From Octopus vulgaris (Eukaryota), in NCBI GenBank assembly GCA_951406725.2, contig OX597831.1, forward strand, positions 65,224,001-65,288,000: DNA of 64,000 bases, given 5' to 3'. Each line of letters starts with the position of its first letter. The stretch's first letter is position 1. Both the position numbers and the translations under genes were made by a program. Below are positions 51,112 to 64,000 of the stretch, piece by piece. The notes under the pieces were generated by a model. The model worked only from the letters and a program-made list of their open reading frames with translations, had not been told where the DNA came from and did no database searches.

Positions 51112-53556
51112 TAACTTTTATATACTATTCTATGTCGATCTTCTCTTGGCTAGAACTTAGCTCCATCTACAAATCTGGTCTGTAACTGCTAACAAGTTTT
51201 TAAAAACTCACACTTATGAATTCCCTTCACCTTCTAGTGTAGGCATCACTTAGTATTTCTTGAAAGTTATTACATAGAGTAAAGAGATCTTTCATCTTCC
51301 ATGCCTTTCTTTTCTAGTTTGTTTTCTATATTTGACTCCATCAAGCTCTCATTTTGAGGTCATTCATAATCAATCTCTGTTAACTGGTACATTCTTCCCC
51401 AGAAGAAGACTTACTATTCACAACAAGCTATCTCTCTCATTTTCTGGGGAATATGGATTTTATCTGGCTTGTGTGTTCATTTTAATAGGTAGCTTTCTGA
51501 AATTTTTATTGCAAATTGTTACATTATTTATGTCACTGTATTTTAAGAGCCTTGATCCCTTCTCATTTATCTTTTTATCTAAAAAACATGCAATTTTATA
51601 ATCCTTAACTTTGCTTTCTCCATTCGCAAAATCTTTACAAGTTAGAAAACAATTAACTGAATTTGTAGTCACACAAATATTGTCTTCTTTGTCCAACAAA
51701 TCTTTTATATTTCTCCATTGATAATAACTTCTGTCTTCCAGTGCAGCAAAATAACTCTTTCTGAAAGAAGCTTTTTCTTTAAACTATTATCATCATGATG
51801 CCAGGAAAGCATCCAGCCATAGAAAATCTGCCTCAATGGATTCTGTCTAACCCATGCAAGCATGAAAAAGTGAACATTACAGTAATGATGATGGGGAGGA
51901 GATATGTATCAGTCTTCTCAATATAAACTATTAATATGATTGATTAAACTTCGTTGATTTTGGGTATTTTAAAAAAATTTTTCCTATTTTATTTTAGTGA
52001 AAGTTTTCATCATTTGGAAATAAGTTATACTTTGAGAGAAAGTGTACTTTCATTGGTAACTTCGACCATTCTCATAATAAAAAAAGAGTACAACAGCTTG
52101 CATCTTTTCTCGTCCTTTAATTATTACGACAGCTCAAAAAAACTATGGTATAGCTATAATTGTTTTCCTTAATTCTTATAGATAACAGGAGTTATCTATA
52201 ACTTACCAACCACATGGTTCCGGGTTCAGTCCCACTGCGTGGCACCTTGGGCAAGTGTCTTTTACTATAGCCTCGGGCTGACCAAAGCCTTGTGAGTAGA
52301 TTTGGTAGACAGAAACTGAAAGAAGCCCATCGTATGTATGTATATGTGTATTTGTGTGTTTGTGTTTGTTCCCCCAACATTGCTTGCAACCGATGCATGT
52401 GTGTTTGCGTCACCGTAACTTAGCGGTTCGGCAAAAGAGACCGATAGAATAAGGACTAGGCTTCCAAAGAATAAGTCCTGGGGTCGAGTTGCTCAACTAA
52501 AGGCGGTGCTCCAGCATGGCCACAGTCAAATGACTGAAACAAGTAAAAGAGTAAAAGAGAGTAACAGTGGAAATAATTGTCTGATTTTAAAACTGCATCA
52601 CTAAGAGCCACAGAGAAAAACCTCTACACAGTTGCCCACCCTGCTTGAAATAGCTGCCAAATCTCCCTCAATTCATACTCCTTTGTCTTAAAAAACAACT
52701 GGGAAGGACACATTTGATAATAAAGTCCTGGATGCACGATACCTGAAGTCAAAGTTGGAATGCTTTGGATCAGTTTTGCTCAATCATAGCTAGGACTCAA
52801 CAACAACTTCCTCACTACATTTGTATTCATCAACAAATGCCCTCTCAGTTCCCTATATCATCAGACCCAATGTTTGCTCAAGATAAGTACACTTTCCCTA
52901 ATCTCATCATCATCATCATTATCGTTTAACGTCCGTTTTCCATGCTAGCATGGGCTGGACGGTTCAACTCGGGTCTGGGTAGCCAGAAGGCTGCACCAGG
53001 CTCCAGTCTGATCTGGCAGTGTTTCTACAGCTGGATGCCCTTCCTAATGCCAACCACTCCGTGAGTGTAGTGGGTGCTTTTTACGTGCCACCTGCACAGG
53101 TGCCAGACGAGGCTGGCAAACGGCCACGATCGGATGGTGCTTTTTACGTGCCACCGGCACGGGGGCCAGACAAGGCTGGCAACGGCCACAATCGGATGGT
53201 GCTTTTTACGTGCCACTGGCACGGAGGCCAGTCGGCTATGGCCACGTTCGGCGCTGGCTATGGCCACGTTCGGACGGTTCTCTTATGTGCCACCAGCACT
53301 GGTATCACAGCTACAATTTCCATTGATGTTGTTCAATGAACTGTTAATCATCACTAATCCCATACATTCCCAAACAGATGACACACTCTTCTTATCTATA
53401 TCTTTTAAATACAACATTCTTTGCGTTAATTTCTCTCAAGGCATCCACTATTTTTTCCATCTATGGTATCACTCATACATTAGGCTGGATTAAATGTTCC
53501 TTGGCATTTTATCCATCTATAGCACAATAATTCTAAGAACTTGTTTCCATTTCCAG

Positions 53557-53684
53557 CTATGTTTGCTGCAGCTTCCCCTGACTGGATTCCTCGGTTGACA
53601 CTTCAATGTTTAGCTGCCTGTTTGAGTGGTGTATCTGCTTCCACTATAACCAACCCACTTGATGTAATACGTGCCCGTATTCAG
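53557..53684 (+). CDS. SLC25A44: SLC25A44-like coding exon 3 (not in the ORF track)
   Basis: ttccag| ... CAG|gtcagt, 128 nt; SMFAAASPDWIPRLTLQCLAACLSGVSASTITNPLDVIRARIQ (third carrier signature PLDVIRAR). Confidence 0.95.
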
Positions 53685-54924
53685 GTCAGTATATAGTCGC
53701 CAAGGGCTGGAAAATCCTTCTTGATATTTATTTGATCTCAAGTCAAATTCAAAAGTACTGTTTGAAAATAGATTAATGGATTCTAATTTTAGTATCCATA
53801 TTAATAGAATGTTTAAGTTAAGGGTACACAAAGAGAAATCTCACCAATTCACACCATTAATGAAAGTATGTTCTTCCCATTAAACTTTGCCTAAAACTGT
53901 TTTGTTACCTTGTTGATGTGTATCTGCCAGAAAGAGCCTCTACATGTTCACTTGACATGTTAGAAATAGTAGTCAGATTTCTTCAAACTATACTTTACTA
54001 TTTCAAAAAGAAAAAAAAAAAAAGGACAAATTGATAATCTAGTCCTGGTTGTATTGTCTGAAAATAAGATGGGATGGTCATGGCTGGAATGCTTTGATGA
54101 TAAGTGTGCTTCAGTCATTTTGTTAGGTTTACTATTGTGCAGAGGAAGTGTTCATCAACATGTTTTTATAAAGAAATTAATGTGATAATTTATGAAAAAA
54201 AAAATAGCAGATGGGTTGCGTCACTAGCAGTCTTAGTAAGTCATATGACAACCATCATGTTAGAAGAATGTAACAGGATAGCTGGGAGTGGTGATGGTGT
54301 AATGATATAAAACTATCAAAATAGGATTTTGATGGTGTTTTTTGTTTTTTTTTATTTTCTACAATTTATTTTTGTTTTTCTGTAATTACGTAGATTCAAT
54401 GAATTTGTAGCTGTGATCCCTTCCACACATTGTTTACAGTTAAATACTATTACTTGCACGAATTAGATACAGATTGAAGCAAGAAAATAATGTGATGGTC
54501 AAGAACAGACTGCTTAAATTTGGAATTATTAATTAATGTACATTCACACATTGCGCTGCTTTGTGTAGAAAATATTTTGTCATATCCAGTTGGAAAGTCT
54601 AAGCCAGTACATTACAATAAATCCTTAAAAAGACAGGGGTCTGAAGTGATAAAAATTTATAAGTTAGAATTGCTGAATATAATGTTGTGTTGTTTATATT
54701 AGATTGTTTCAATATCATAAATAAAGACAAATGAATTTTATATATACAAGTTTAGTGTGTAGCTATGTTTTCAACAAGTTTTATATGTGGTAGTTAACAT
54801 TCATTGAAAAATTACAGTTTCTTCAATAGTTTGTTTCATAATTTAGCTTCAGAAACACTTTGAACATTTGAGGACAGGTTGGTTATTGAAAAAATAGATG
54901 AAGAGAAATTTCAGTTCAAGAGTA

Positions 54925-55448
54925 TGACCAGAAAGGGTATGGCCTGGTCAGCCTGTAATGATATGCATAAGATCTGGTCATCAAATCTAAGTAGAGACTT
55001 CAAACTTAAAATCTTCAAAGCCACAGTCGAACCAATTCTACTATATGGCTCAGAAACCTGGACGTTATCAAAGAAGCTTGAGAAGCGGTTGGATGGAACT
55101 TACACTCGCCTCCTTATGAGAGCGCAAAATCTCTTGTGGAGGCGTCATCCAACCAAAGTTCAAATATATGGGAAACTACCACCTGTATCATCTCTTGTGA
55201 AAGGTAGAAGAGTCCAGTTTGCTGGACATTGTTGTAGAGCAGAAAACGAGATAATTTCTACTCTTCTCCTCTGGAAGCAATCTACTCGCGATACCAGAGG
55301 GCGCACACTCTCCTACCCTGATGTAATCTCCAGGGATACAGGCATCCAGCAACAGCACCTCCGTAATGCTATGATGGACCGTGAAGTCTGGCATAGCATA
55401 GTAAATTCCATTGTTTCGACCACGGTCGAACAATGATGATGATGATGA
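54925..55448 (+). mobile_element. 5'-truncated RTE-clade LINE 3' end (longest of three copies)
   Basis: AWSACNDMHKIWSS...FKATVEPILLYGSETWTL...VQFAGHC...VEQ-stop-(TGA)n. Confidence 0.9.
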
Positions 55449-55896
55449 CTAGATCACATATGATAGTGTTTTTCTGCAGCATTATTGTTTATTGAGCTAT
55501 TTTAACAGAGAATACAGCAAAAATGATTTTCTTTAGTTCTTGAATTTTAAATTAATCCTCTAAAATCTATTATATGCATTTGAACTGTTTTCTAAAGGTT
55601 AAAGGAAACGGAGTGCAAAAAACTAGAAAGAATGTGAGTAATTTAAATCCGTGCTCTGCTGTACTTGAAAATGTCTAAAAATAATTAGAGGAACAATGAA
55701 ATATTGTTTATTTTCATAGTTTTGTGTTCTATTTTCTGGTCTCTCTGCACAAACTGTAGATTGAATTAGCATGAACAGATATTTGTAAATCTTTTGCTCC
55801 AATAAAAAATATTCTAATATGCAAAATGCTATCATACCTCAGAAGAGTTACTGTGATGACAATGAAGTCTGTCATATCAGCACAGAAAAGTTGGTG

Positions 55897-56624
55897 GGAT
55901 CTTTTCAGCTTGAACAGCAGTTTTTTAAAATAATTTCTATGTAACTAAAAAATTTTAAACTTCATATACTGATAGAATGTGTTTATAAAACATCTTTTTC
56001 TCTTGGCTTTCTTGAGAAAATTCTATAGTTTGTAAGATACTTGGTCTTTAATTTCTTGCATTTCGGCAATTTCAACTAATCAATGACGTCTATTGAGGTG
56101 AAAACGATTTCTGCCGTAGTGTGTCAACAACATTTATTTCCAGTGTCTTATGAAATTGTCCCTGTTATTTATGAGAAAAAAGATACCCTGTGGCCATAAA
56201 CTGAGGGGTCACTCGTAAACAGAGCTGGATAACAAAACTGTTCCCTCTTTAGTGTCCACCCATAATTATGGCCCTAGTATCGATCTATTGCATTTCAATC
56301 TGTTTTAGGGTTAGGGATTGGGTTAAGGTTAGGGTTAGGGGTGGGGGAAGGGTATCTTTTTTTCTTCAGAAATGTAAATAAACCCAATCTGTTTCTTAAA
56401 CGAGGGACATTTTCATATTTTACGGCAGATAATGTTTTCACCTCAATAGACATCATTGATTGGTTGAAATTGCCAAAATTGAAGAAAATATCTTACAAAT
56501 ATGTTACAAACCATAGAATTTTCTCAAGAAAGCCAAGAGAAAAAGATGTTTTATAAATACATTCTACCAGTATATGAAGTTTAAAAGTGTTTAGTTACAT
56601 CTGCCGTTCAAACCGAAAATATCC
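55897..56624. mobile_element. Long-TIR DNA element with an internal TTAGGG-like tract
   Basis: Termini ggatcttttcagcttgaac / gttcaaaccgaaaatatcc; inverted arms of about 200 bp; 8-bp TSD agttggtg/aattggtg; (TTAGGG)-like repeats at about 56305-56341. Confidence 0.85.
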
Positions 56625-56696
56625 AATTGGTGTTTAGTTATGAGGTTGTCATTTATGTACATTTTTTAAAAAATCATTTTTTTTTTTAATTTTCAG

Positions 56697-56885
56697 GTGG
56701 AAGGTTGCAGTTTTCCAACAACACTTCAAATTTTGTGGCAAGAAGAAGGTGTTAAAATGGCCTTCAAAGGCTTGTCTGCACGTGTAATTCAATCTGTTGT
56801 TTTCTCCTTTTTCATTATTCTTGGCTATGAATCAATCAAACGTTGTAGTTTACTTAAAGAATACCAAAAAGACATCCGATGGTGA
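56697..56885 (+). CDS. SLC25A44: SLC25A44-like last coding exon
   Basis: tttcag|GTG; VEGCSF...EEGVKMAFKGLSARV...GYESIKRCSLL...DIRW-stop, matching the SLC25A44 C-terminus. Spliced CDS totals 981 nt. Confidence 0.95.
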   Translation: MEGCSFPTTLQILWQEEGVKMAFKGLSARVIQSVVFSFFIILGYESIKRCSLLKEYQKDIRW

Positions 56886-57291
56886 TTTGAAACGTCCCCA
56901 CAGTTAACTATATTGTTTAATCAAAAGATATGTAGTTGGCAGTTTTAAATGCAAATTTGTTTATTATTTTCTATCTATTTATTTATATATTTATTTTATT
57001 TGGTTTGTAATTTTGTCATATCATATCCAATCATTGGCAGATTATAATTATAATTTCAATTAGATAAACTTACATTTTACATTTAGTTGTTTTTTTTTTT
57101 TCAGTGAAGTTTAAATTTGTTTTCATAGAATTTCACTGCACCCATTTTTCATCTGTTCTATATATAAATAATTAGAATGTTTAACTGTATAATTAGGAAT
57201 GTAATTAACAATTGTATATCATTTAATTACATTTCTTTATTTTGGAAGTGATTTTTTAAAATTGTCTTTGTTTGCATATATTTTGATTGAA

Positions 57292-57600
57292 GGTGTGTGG
57301 TCTAGTGGTTAGGATATTTGGCTCATGATCGTGAGTTCGAATCCTGGCAGCGCCTTGTGTCCTTGAGCTAAGTACTTTATTTCAATTATTCCAGTCTGCT
57401 CAGCCGGTAAAATGAGTTGTACCTGTATTTCAAAGGGCCAACCTTCTGACATTCTGTGTCATACTGAATTACCCTGAGAACAATTGTCAAGGGTAGGTGT
57501 GTCTGTGGAGTGCTCAGCCACTTGCATGTTAATTTCACAAGCAGGCTGTTCCTGTCATTGAATTAACTGGAACGTTGTAGTAACCGATGGAGGGCCAGGA
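57292..57600 (+). mobile_element. Older tRNA-derived SINE (family D) downstream of the SLC25A44 stop
   Basis: tggtctagtggttagg A-box, gagttcgaatcc B-box, tgtgtccttgagc core; related inverted copy at about 44870-45205 and a head at about 25770-25885. Confidence 0.7.
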
Positions 57601-58381
57601 CATATTCTCTTGCAGATTTCTTTCATTTTCGTAATTTTACAATATGTATAAACATTTCCTTTTGCTGAGGTTAAAAATTCAAAACTTATTTCCAACTCAG
57701 GAATTCAATGTAGTGAAAATTAAATTCACACTTCATCCAGTACTGTGATGATGTCTTTCAATATAGGCAAAGGGACTCTCCTTAAAACCCTAATTCTTGG
57801 CAGAAACAGTTGAGCTTTGTAGTATTTAATTACATCCCTTCCATTCTTACTTCAATGACAATAATCTCAGTACCAATAATATCTTGGGAGTTAATTCAAT
57901 CACCTATACCAGCCTCAAAATGTGTGACCTTGTGCCAAAATTAGAACACTATTATTAATAAACGTGCAGGAGATACAGAAAGCCAGATGAGATACATTGT
58001 TGTTTAATTTTTTTTGTACTTCATGACTTTGGTTTTTCTTCTATTTGAAGTCAATAGAATATTAATGGGTCAGTTTTATTAACCAAGCACCAAGATATGA
58101 CTTCGGTCAAATTGATTCCTTCCAATATATTATCTTTAACACACAAGAAATTGACTAAAACTTTTTCCTTCAAAATTTCCCTGGTTCTTATTCATAAGAA
58201 TTTATGTTTTTTTTTGTTTTTTTAATATAGTGGAAGGCAGGGGTATTGCAGAAATACTAAAGTGTGAAGTTACTGTTATTTCATTCCTGTACAAAAAGTT
58301 CAAGATTTGCATGGGTTAGCTTTACTCTCTATATCAATGAAATAAGTATCAAATTTATTATAATTCTGTTTCTCTCTTTCA

Positions 58382-58600
58382 CCCTTTTGTCACTGTATTT
58401 ATTTTGAGATGCTCTGTGTTTCTTTCAATTACTTTAAATATAACAAAGAATTTAGTAAATAACTTGGTTATCATTAAGCTAGTGTTAGGAACATAAATTG
58501 TAACTAAGGTTTGGTGGTAAATTTTAATTCAAAACTTATGAAAACAAGACATTTGTACTCAGAGCCAGAGCCGGTTTCAGCCGGGTTGGTAATGAAAGGG
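58382..58600. mobile_element. piggyBac-like MITE (second family)
   Basis: cccttttgtcac ... gtaatgaaaggg|TTAA; left TTAA degraded. Confidence 0.55.
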
Positions 58601-60389
58601 TTAAATTCATGAAGACATTGATGGTGTGCATTGTTGATTAATAACTAAGCTTTCAGGAAACTGGTTCTCAAACCAGTTTTGATTTCCTGTTGAAGCTAAT
58701 TGACTTTCCTTGTATTACAGGCAAAATGTTTGACTGTGTGCTTGAATAAAATTTGTATTTAGTTTGGTGAAATATGCAATAGTTAGGTGATAAATTTTCA
58801 ACCATGTTCTAATTTTCAATTGGAACTGCTTTCACTTACTTGGTGAAGGTACAAATACTTGTTCCCTTTTAATTAAAATCCCAAACTGAACATTGGTGTA
58901 AGAAACTTTATTATTTTATTTTGAGAGTCGTCTTATGTGCCTGATCAACAACAAATGCAGTTGTGAGTATATACTAAAGTATTTTGAGATTTTGTGTTAC
59001 ATACATTGATATTAGTATCAGGATGCCAGAATTAGTATTGACATGTATGGGTATTTTTAAAATGCATTCAAAAGATACAAAGAAGAATGTATATTCTGTA
59101 CAAGAATATATAGGATTAGTGATGGTGATAGGTCATTGACGAAGGGGATTAAAAGATTTTGATAAAACACTGAAGTTGATAGATTAGGGGATCGAGAGGA
59201 TGATGATATTTTGTCGATTAGTTTTGAAATTAGATGATTAATTCTGCTTCACTCTTTAAATTTGTCGCTGTCTTTCTTATTTTTTTCTTCTTTCTAATTG
59301 GCCTCCTTGTAATTATGTTTTATATTAGATTATTTTTAATGCTAATCCTATCTCATTTCATGGCAGACACTATGTACTGGTGAAAAAGTCTTCCAATATT
59401 TGTAAGAAATAAGGTGATAAGCTGGCAAAATCATTAACACACCAGGAAAAATGCCTACTGGCAGTTTGTTTGTCTGTACACTCTGAGTTCAATTTCTGCT
59501 GAGGTTGGTTTTGCCTTTCATCTTTTGCGGGGCAATAAAATAAGTACCAGTTGAGCACTGGGGTTGATGTAATTGACATACCCTCTTCCTTGGAATTGCT
59601 GGCATTGTACCAAAATTTGAAACCAATATTTTTGAGAAGTATTTTTCAGTTTCTTTTTGGATTCACTACATGTCGTATCTTCATATTTTCTAACCTTATA
59701 AAAATTATCTGTCACTCTTGATTGGTGAAGGTCTCAATATTTTATCATAAATTTACCTAATAGACCAAGGTAACATCTTGTTTGACATTTTTTCCAGTTA
59801 ATGGTTGATGCAAAATATCATAACTTATATTGTTTTAACTTTTCTACATGGTTGTATAGTGAAGAAGTTACATTGACAGCCATGTGGTTTTCAAAGTAAA
59901 ATTTAGTAGATGTTAGCTACAGTTAGCATCTGTATGGAAATCCCTCATACACACACACACATACGCATGTAAAATTTGACTGGTGATGATTGCTGCTGTC
60001 ATCTTGTGTTTGTTTTTAGTGTAAGAGACAGAGAGAAAATAGGGTTTGTTAAAAAAATAAAAGGGAGAAATTACCCTCAAGGGGAGAGAGTTTTTTTTTT
60101 ATACATACTTATTTTATTATGTTTTTATATAATTCATTTTTATTTGCAAACAAATTCATAGGCACCAAGTGTATCAGTATGCTATAGAAAATAAAGGAAT
60201 TCTCAAATGCAGCCTTTCTGTATTTGAGAATAGACATGTGGTAAGAAGCTTACTTCCCAACCACATTGTTCCAGGTTCACTTCCACTGTGTGGCACCTTG
60301 AGCACAAGTGTCTTCTCCTTTAGCTTTGGGCCAAACAAAGCCTTCTAAGTGGATTTGGTAGGCGGAAACTGAAAGAAGCCTGACGTCAA

Positions 60390-60722
60390 ATTGCAAGACA
60401 GTGTGTGAGAGAAAATTGTGATGTTACAGGAGAGAAATATGTCTGCATGTATGATGGTGCACTTGCTTTTAATGATTCTGCAAAGAAAAAGGCTTGGAGA
60501 TGCCATTATGAAAGGCTGCTGAATGTGGAGAATAAATGGGAGGAGGAGAGCCTGCCAAATGTTGACCCCAGTCGAGGGACCAGCTACCTGAATTGATAGC
60601 ACCCTGGTAGATAAAGCAATTAAAGATATGAAGTCAGGAAAAGCCCCTAGCCCATCAGGAATCACTGCTGAGATGCTTAAAATATCTGGTGGTGTGGGTT
60701 ATGGTCTAGTCACCCATATTGT
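60390..60722 (+). mobile_element. RTE LINE ORF fragment (linker before RT)
   Basis: AWRCHYERLLNVEN...KAIKDMKSGKAPSPSGITAEMLK. Confidence 0.8.
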
Positions 60723-60889
60723 GTAAGTGTACCTTGCACACTACTCTCCTACAGTTTGATTTTCTCTAACACACCTCTTCACAAAGATCTTGTTTGCATT
60801 CACAACTGTTTATTTTATTTTCTGGAGAGGATGTAGTCAATCTCGATTGATATGATCAGGTGGCTGGCTGGTTCCCTCAAATTGCTGTT

Positions 60890-61240
60890 GCTGATGTTGA
60901 GCGAAGCGGTCTTCTGTAGTGAGAGAAGTCCGAAACATGGTCCTTTGCTATTTGTAAGACCCGCAGAAGAGAAAGCAGGTCAACCCCCAACACTGAGAGC
61001 ATCAACGGATGGATGAATGCGCATCCGGGCTCAGCGGTTGCGTAGGAAGTCGGGGACAAGAAACAGGAAGAAATAGTGAGAGAAAGTTGGGGGCGAAAGA
61101 GTACAGCAGGGATCGCCACCATCCCCTGCCGGCACCTCGTGGAGTTTTAGGTGTTTTTGCTCAATGAACACACACAACGCCCAGTCTAGGAATCAAAACC
61201 GCGAGTCCACTGCCCTAACCATGGGGCCATTGTGCCTCCA
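60890..61240 (-). mobile_element. tRNA-derived SINE related to family C
   Basis: Minus-strand head tggaggcacaatggccccatggttagggcagtggactcgcgg; shares cacctaa..ctccacg and caactttctctcact with 47689-47992 but has a different 3' half. Confidence 0.75.
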
Positions 61241-62558
61241 CTGCTGTTGCTCATCATCAATTACTTGCATCGCAGAACCCTCATTTCCTTCTCATTTCTT
61301 GAACCAAAGCTATAACCCCCATTTATACCATGGAATCCATCAGGGTGCTGTTAAGTATATCTATTAAAGTCACCAACTATGATGATAAAGTCATTGCCAT
61401 TCATCGTAGAGGTAATTGCCAAAGAGGCATCATCTGTCAGTCCAAATTTGGGAGTATATGCAGAACCAGCTGTTGCTGTCATATTTTGAAAAACACCACA
61501 AAATCACTAATGCCTACCCAGTATTTATACCTATGTTCCTTACCTGCAAAAAGCCTGGTTGAGGCTCCTCTTCAACTTATTTCTTGCACACAGCACACGT
61601 TTACATACCTCCTCTCTAGCATTTTAACAATCGCATTGGATCTACCTTCCATGGTGCCTACACCAATTGCGACTGCTCTAAAGTTGCTGACATAGGGACA
61701 GTTTACAGTACCTGAACAGAAGAAGGCTTGTGGGAACCTTTACCAGCAGGCAAAGGGAGCTTGTACATGTCTAGTTATTCAAGTATTACTGTTTGATGAA
61801 CTACTATTTCTTTCAGATTCTCACACCATAAGGACCAAGCAAAAAGCAAAAAAAAAATAAAAGTGGGTACAAAGCCAGCAGTGATGAGTTTGTGTACATA
61901 CAATTACCACACACATATACACATATATAGCTTGACATATATACATCAAGCTAAGTAAAACTGTGGCTGCCATATATACACGTATGTCTTCTACATTCCT
62001 CTTTCAGTCTACAGCTCCTTCTCTTCAGAGCTCGAGTGCTGGTGTCACATAATAGTGCCCATGCTGGGGCTGGGAGTGGGGGCATGTAAAAAGTGGTTAG
62101 TATTAGGGAGGTCAACCAGCTGTAGAAACCCTACCAAAATAGAACTTGGGCAGCTCCTCAGCTGGCCAGTTCCTGTCAAATCATCCCATCCATGCCAGCA
62201 TGGAAAACAGACATTGAATAATGATGATAATAATGTATGTATATGTCTTTATATGTATACATATATATATATATGTACATATATATAGCTGAAATTTACA
62301 GAAAAGCACAAGAAAAAGACAGGTGTATGAACAACAAGGGCGTGTATTAGTTTGACTTGTTGGAAAGTGAGAAAGTGGATTTAGTGATCATGCTTGGCGG
62401 CTATGCCAGTATATATATATATATATATATGCCAATATATATGTGTATATATATATAAAATCATTAAAATGAATGAATTTTATCAGTGGCCAGTAAATAA
62501 AAAAAACAACCTTTTAGGTAAAATACATATCTAAAGATATATAATTGTATAAGGTAAA

Positions 62559-62593
<35 letters not shown>

Positions 62594-62610
62594 ATATATA
62601 TATATATATA

Positions 62611-63800
62611 CAAGGTCTGATCAATAAGTATCTGGACTGTTGCCATAGTAATGAAGCTAAATCATGCAGAGTAAAGCCACTAGGTAAAGATTGACCTCAA
62701 ACACTGCTGTATATACTCTTTACTCTTGTTTCAGTCATTTGACTGCGGCCATGCTGCAGCACTGCCTTTAGTCGAGCAATTCGACTCCAAGACTTATTCT
62801 TTGTAAGCCTAGTACTTATGCTATCGGTCTCTTTTGCTGAACCGCTAAGTTACGGGGACATAAACACACCAGCATCGGTTGTCAAGCAATGCTAGGGGGA
62901 CAAACACAACCATACATGCACATATATATATACAACGGGCTTCTTTCAGTTTCCGTCTACCAAATCCACTCACAAGGCTTTGGTCGGCCCAAGGCTATAG
63001 TAGAAGACACTTGCCCAAGCTGCAACGCAGTGGGACTGAACCCGGAACCATGTGGTTGGTAAACAAGCTACTTACCACACAGCCACTCCTGTGCCTGTGC
63101 ACTAAGTTTTAACATTCTAGCTCACTTCCACTGTTTACAGCAGTGCTTGGAAGGAAGGTGTGTTGCATGTAATCGTCACATGACAGAAAGTTGTCAGCTT
63201 GATACCTGCTCAGAGGCCTAGCAAAGTTGCACAAAGTGTATGGAGAGGAATGTATGAGCCACACACAAGTGTACAAGTGGTTCAGACGTTTCCAAGATGG
63301 CTGAAAAAATGTCAATATTGACGAACGTTCTGGGAGAAAAACATTGCAGATATGCATACAGCTGTGAGGGGAAATTATTAAATCACCATCCATGAATTAT
63401 CAGAGGATATGCAGATTTGTTACGGTTCAGTTCAGTCCATTATCACTGAAGATTTCAGTGCCACAACCACTTTCAGCTTGGATTTCAGTTGCATAAGATC
63501 TTGATTGTGTTGGGAATGAAGAAAACTTTTTGAAGTTCTCTGAGCTGGTATAACCAAGTTTTTCATAAAATTTCATGTAGATTCTCTGCTCAGCTTTCAC
63601 TGTCATGGTCATTGTGATGATCACACGCTACACACCTTCCTTCCAAGCACTGCCGTAAACAGCAGAAGTGAGCTAGAATGTTAAAACCTAGTGCGCATAC
63701 ACAGCAGATTTCAAGGTCAATCTGTGCCAAGCAGCTTCACTCTGTGTGCTTTTCACTGCATTACTATGGCAACAGTCCGGATACTTATTGATCAGACCAG
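62611..63800. mobile_element. Rearranged mariner element with a SINE insertion
   Basis: TA|caaggtctgatcaataagtatctggactgttgccatagtaatg ... cattactatggcaacagtccggatacttattgatcagaccag|TA. Transposase HTH fragments lie on both strands (VYGEECMSHTQVYKWFRRF on +, EQRIYMKFYEKLG on -). Confidence 0.88.
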
Positions 63801-64000
63801 TATAAATAGATCTACATATATATATAAATATAGTATTTAATCATATCAAAGGGAAATGGAAATTAATTAAAATTTACATTTCTAGTGGTCTAACATGTAA
63901 AAAAAATTAGTCAAAAAGACTATATATTAGTCATACGATATAGTGTATATTTAAACACATAAGGAATCCCTATAAGTGGATTTCTTATGTGTTTAAATAT

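Noticed and set aside
38500-57300. Iron-responsive element (C bulge, 5-bp stem, CAGUGN loop) in the IRP leader or SLC25A44 UTRs
   Set aside because: No CAGTG with the required bulge and upper stem was found by eye; cagtga at about 57102 lacks pairing. A SIREs/Rfam IRE scan would settle it.

Overview
AT-rich, microsatellite- and retroposon-dense animal genomic DNA. The SINE/LINE families look like those of octopus (coleoid cephalopod); that assignment is an inference. The window holds two intron-rich genes arranged head-to-head around a CpG/ETS-rich region at about 38.5-38.95 kb. On the minus strand is the 5' part of an iron regulatory protein / cytosolic aconitase (IRP/ACO1) gene, with coding exons 38476-38503, 13005-13100, 10936-11104, 10254-10391 and a candidate fifth exon 985-1077; the gene runs off the left edge. 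On the plus strand is a complete SLC25A44-like mitochondrial carrier CDS (43646-43865, 47099-47542, 53557-53684, 56697-56885; 326 aa). Introns are filled with tRNA-derived SINEs, CR1- and RTE-type LINE fragments, a Gypsy remnant, Helitrons and several MITEs. Two observations stand out. (1) The otherwise IRP1-like protein has a symmetric 93-nt exon encoding ...YSPNPGGG..., in exact register with the start of the 73-aa insertion regarded as specific to vertebrate IRP2. (2) A 404-bp TSD-flanked non-coding retroelement (18490-18893) starts exactly at the predicted cleavage site of an HDV-like ribozyme fold. All alignments and folds were done by eye, and reference protein sequences were recalled rather than searched.
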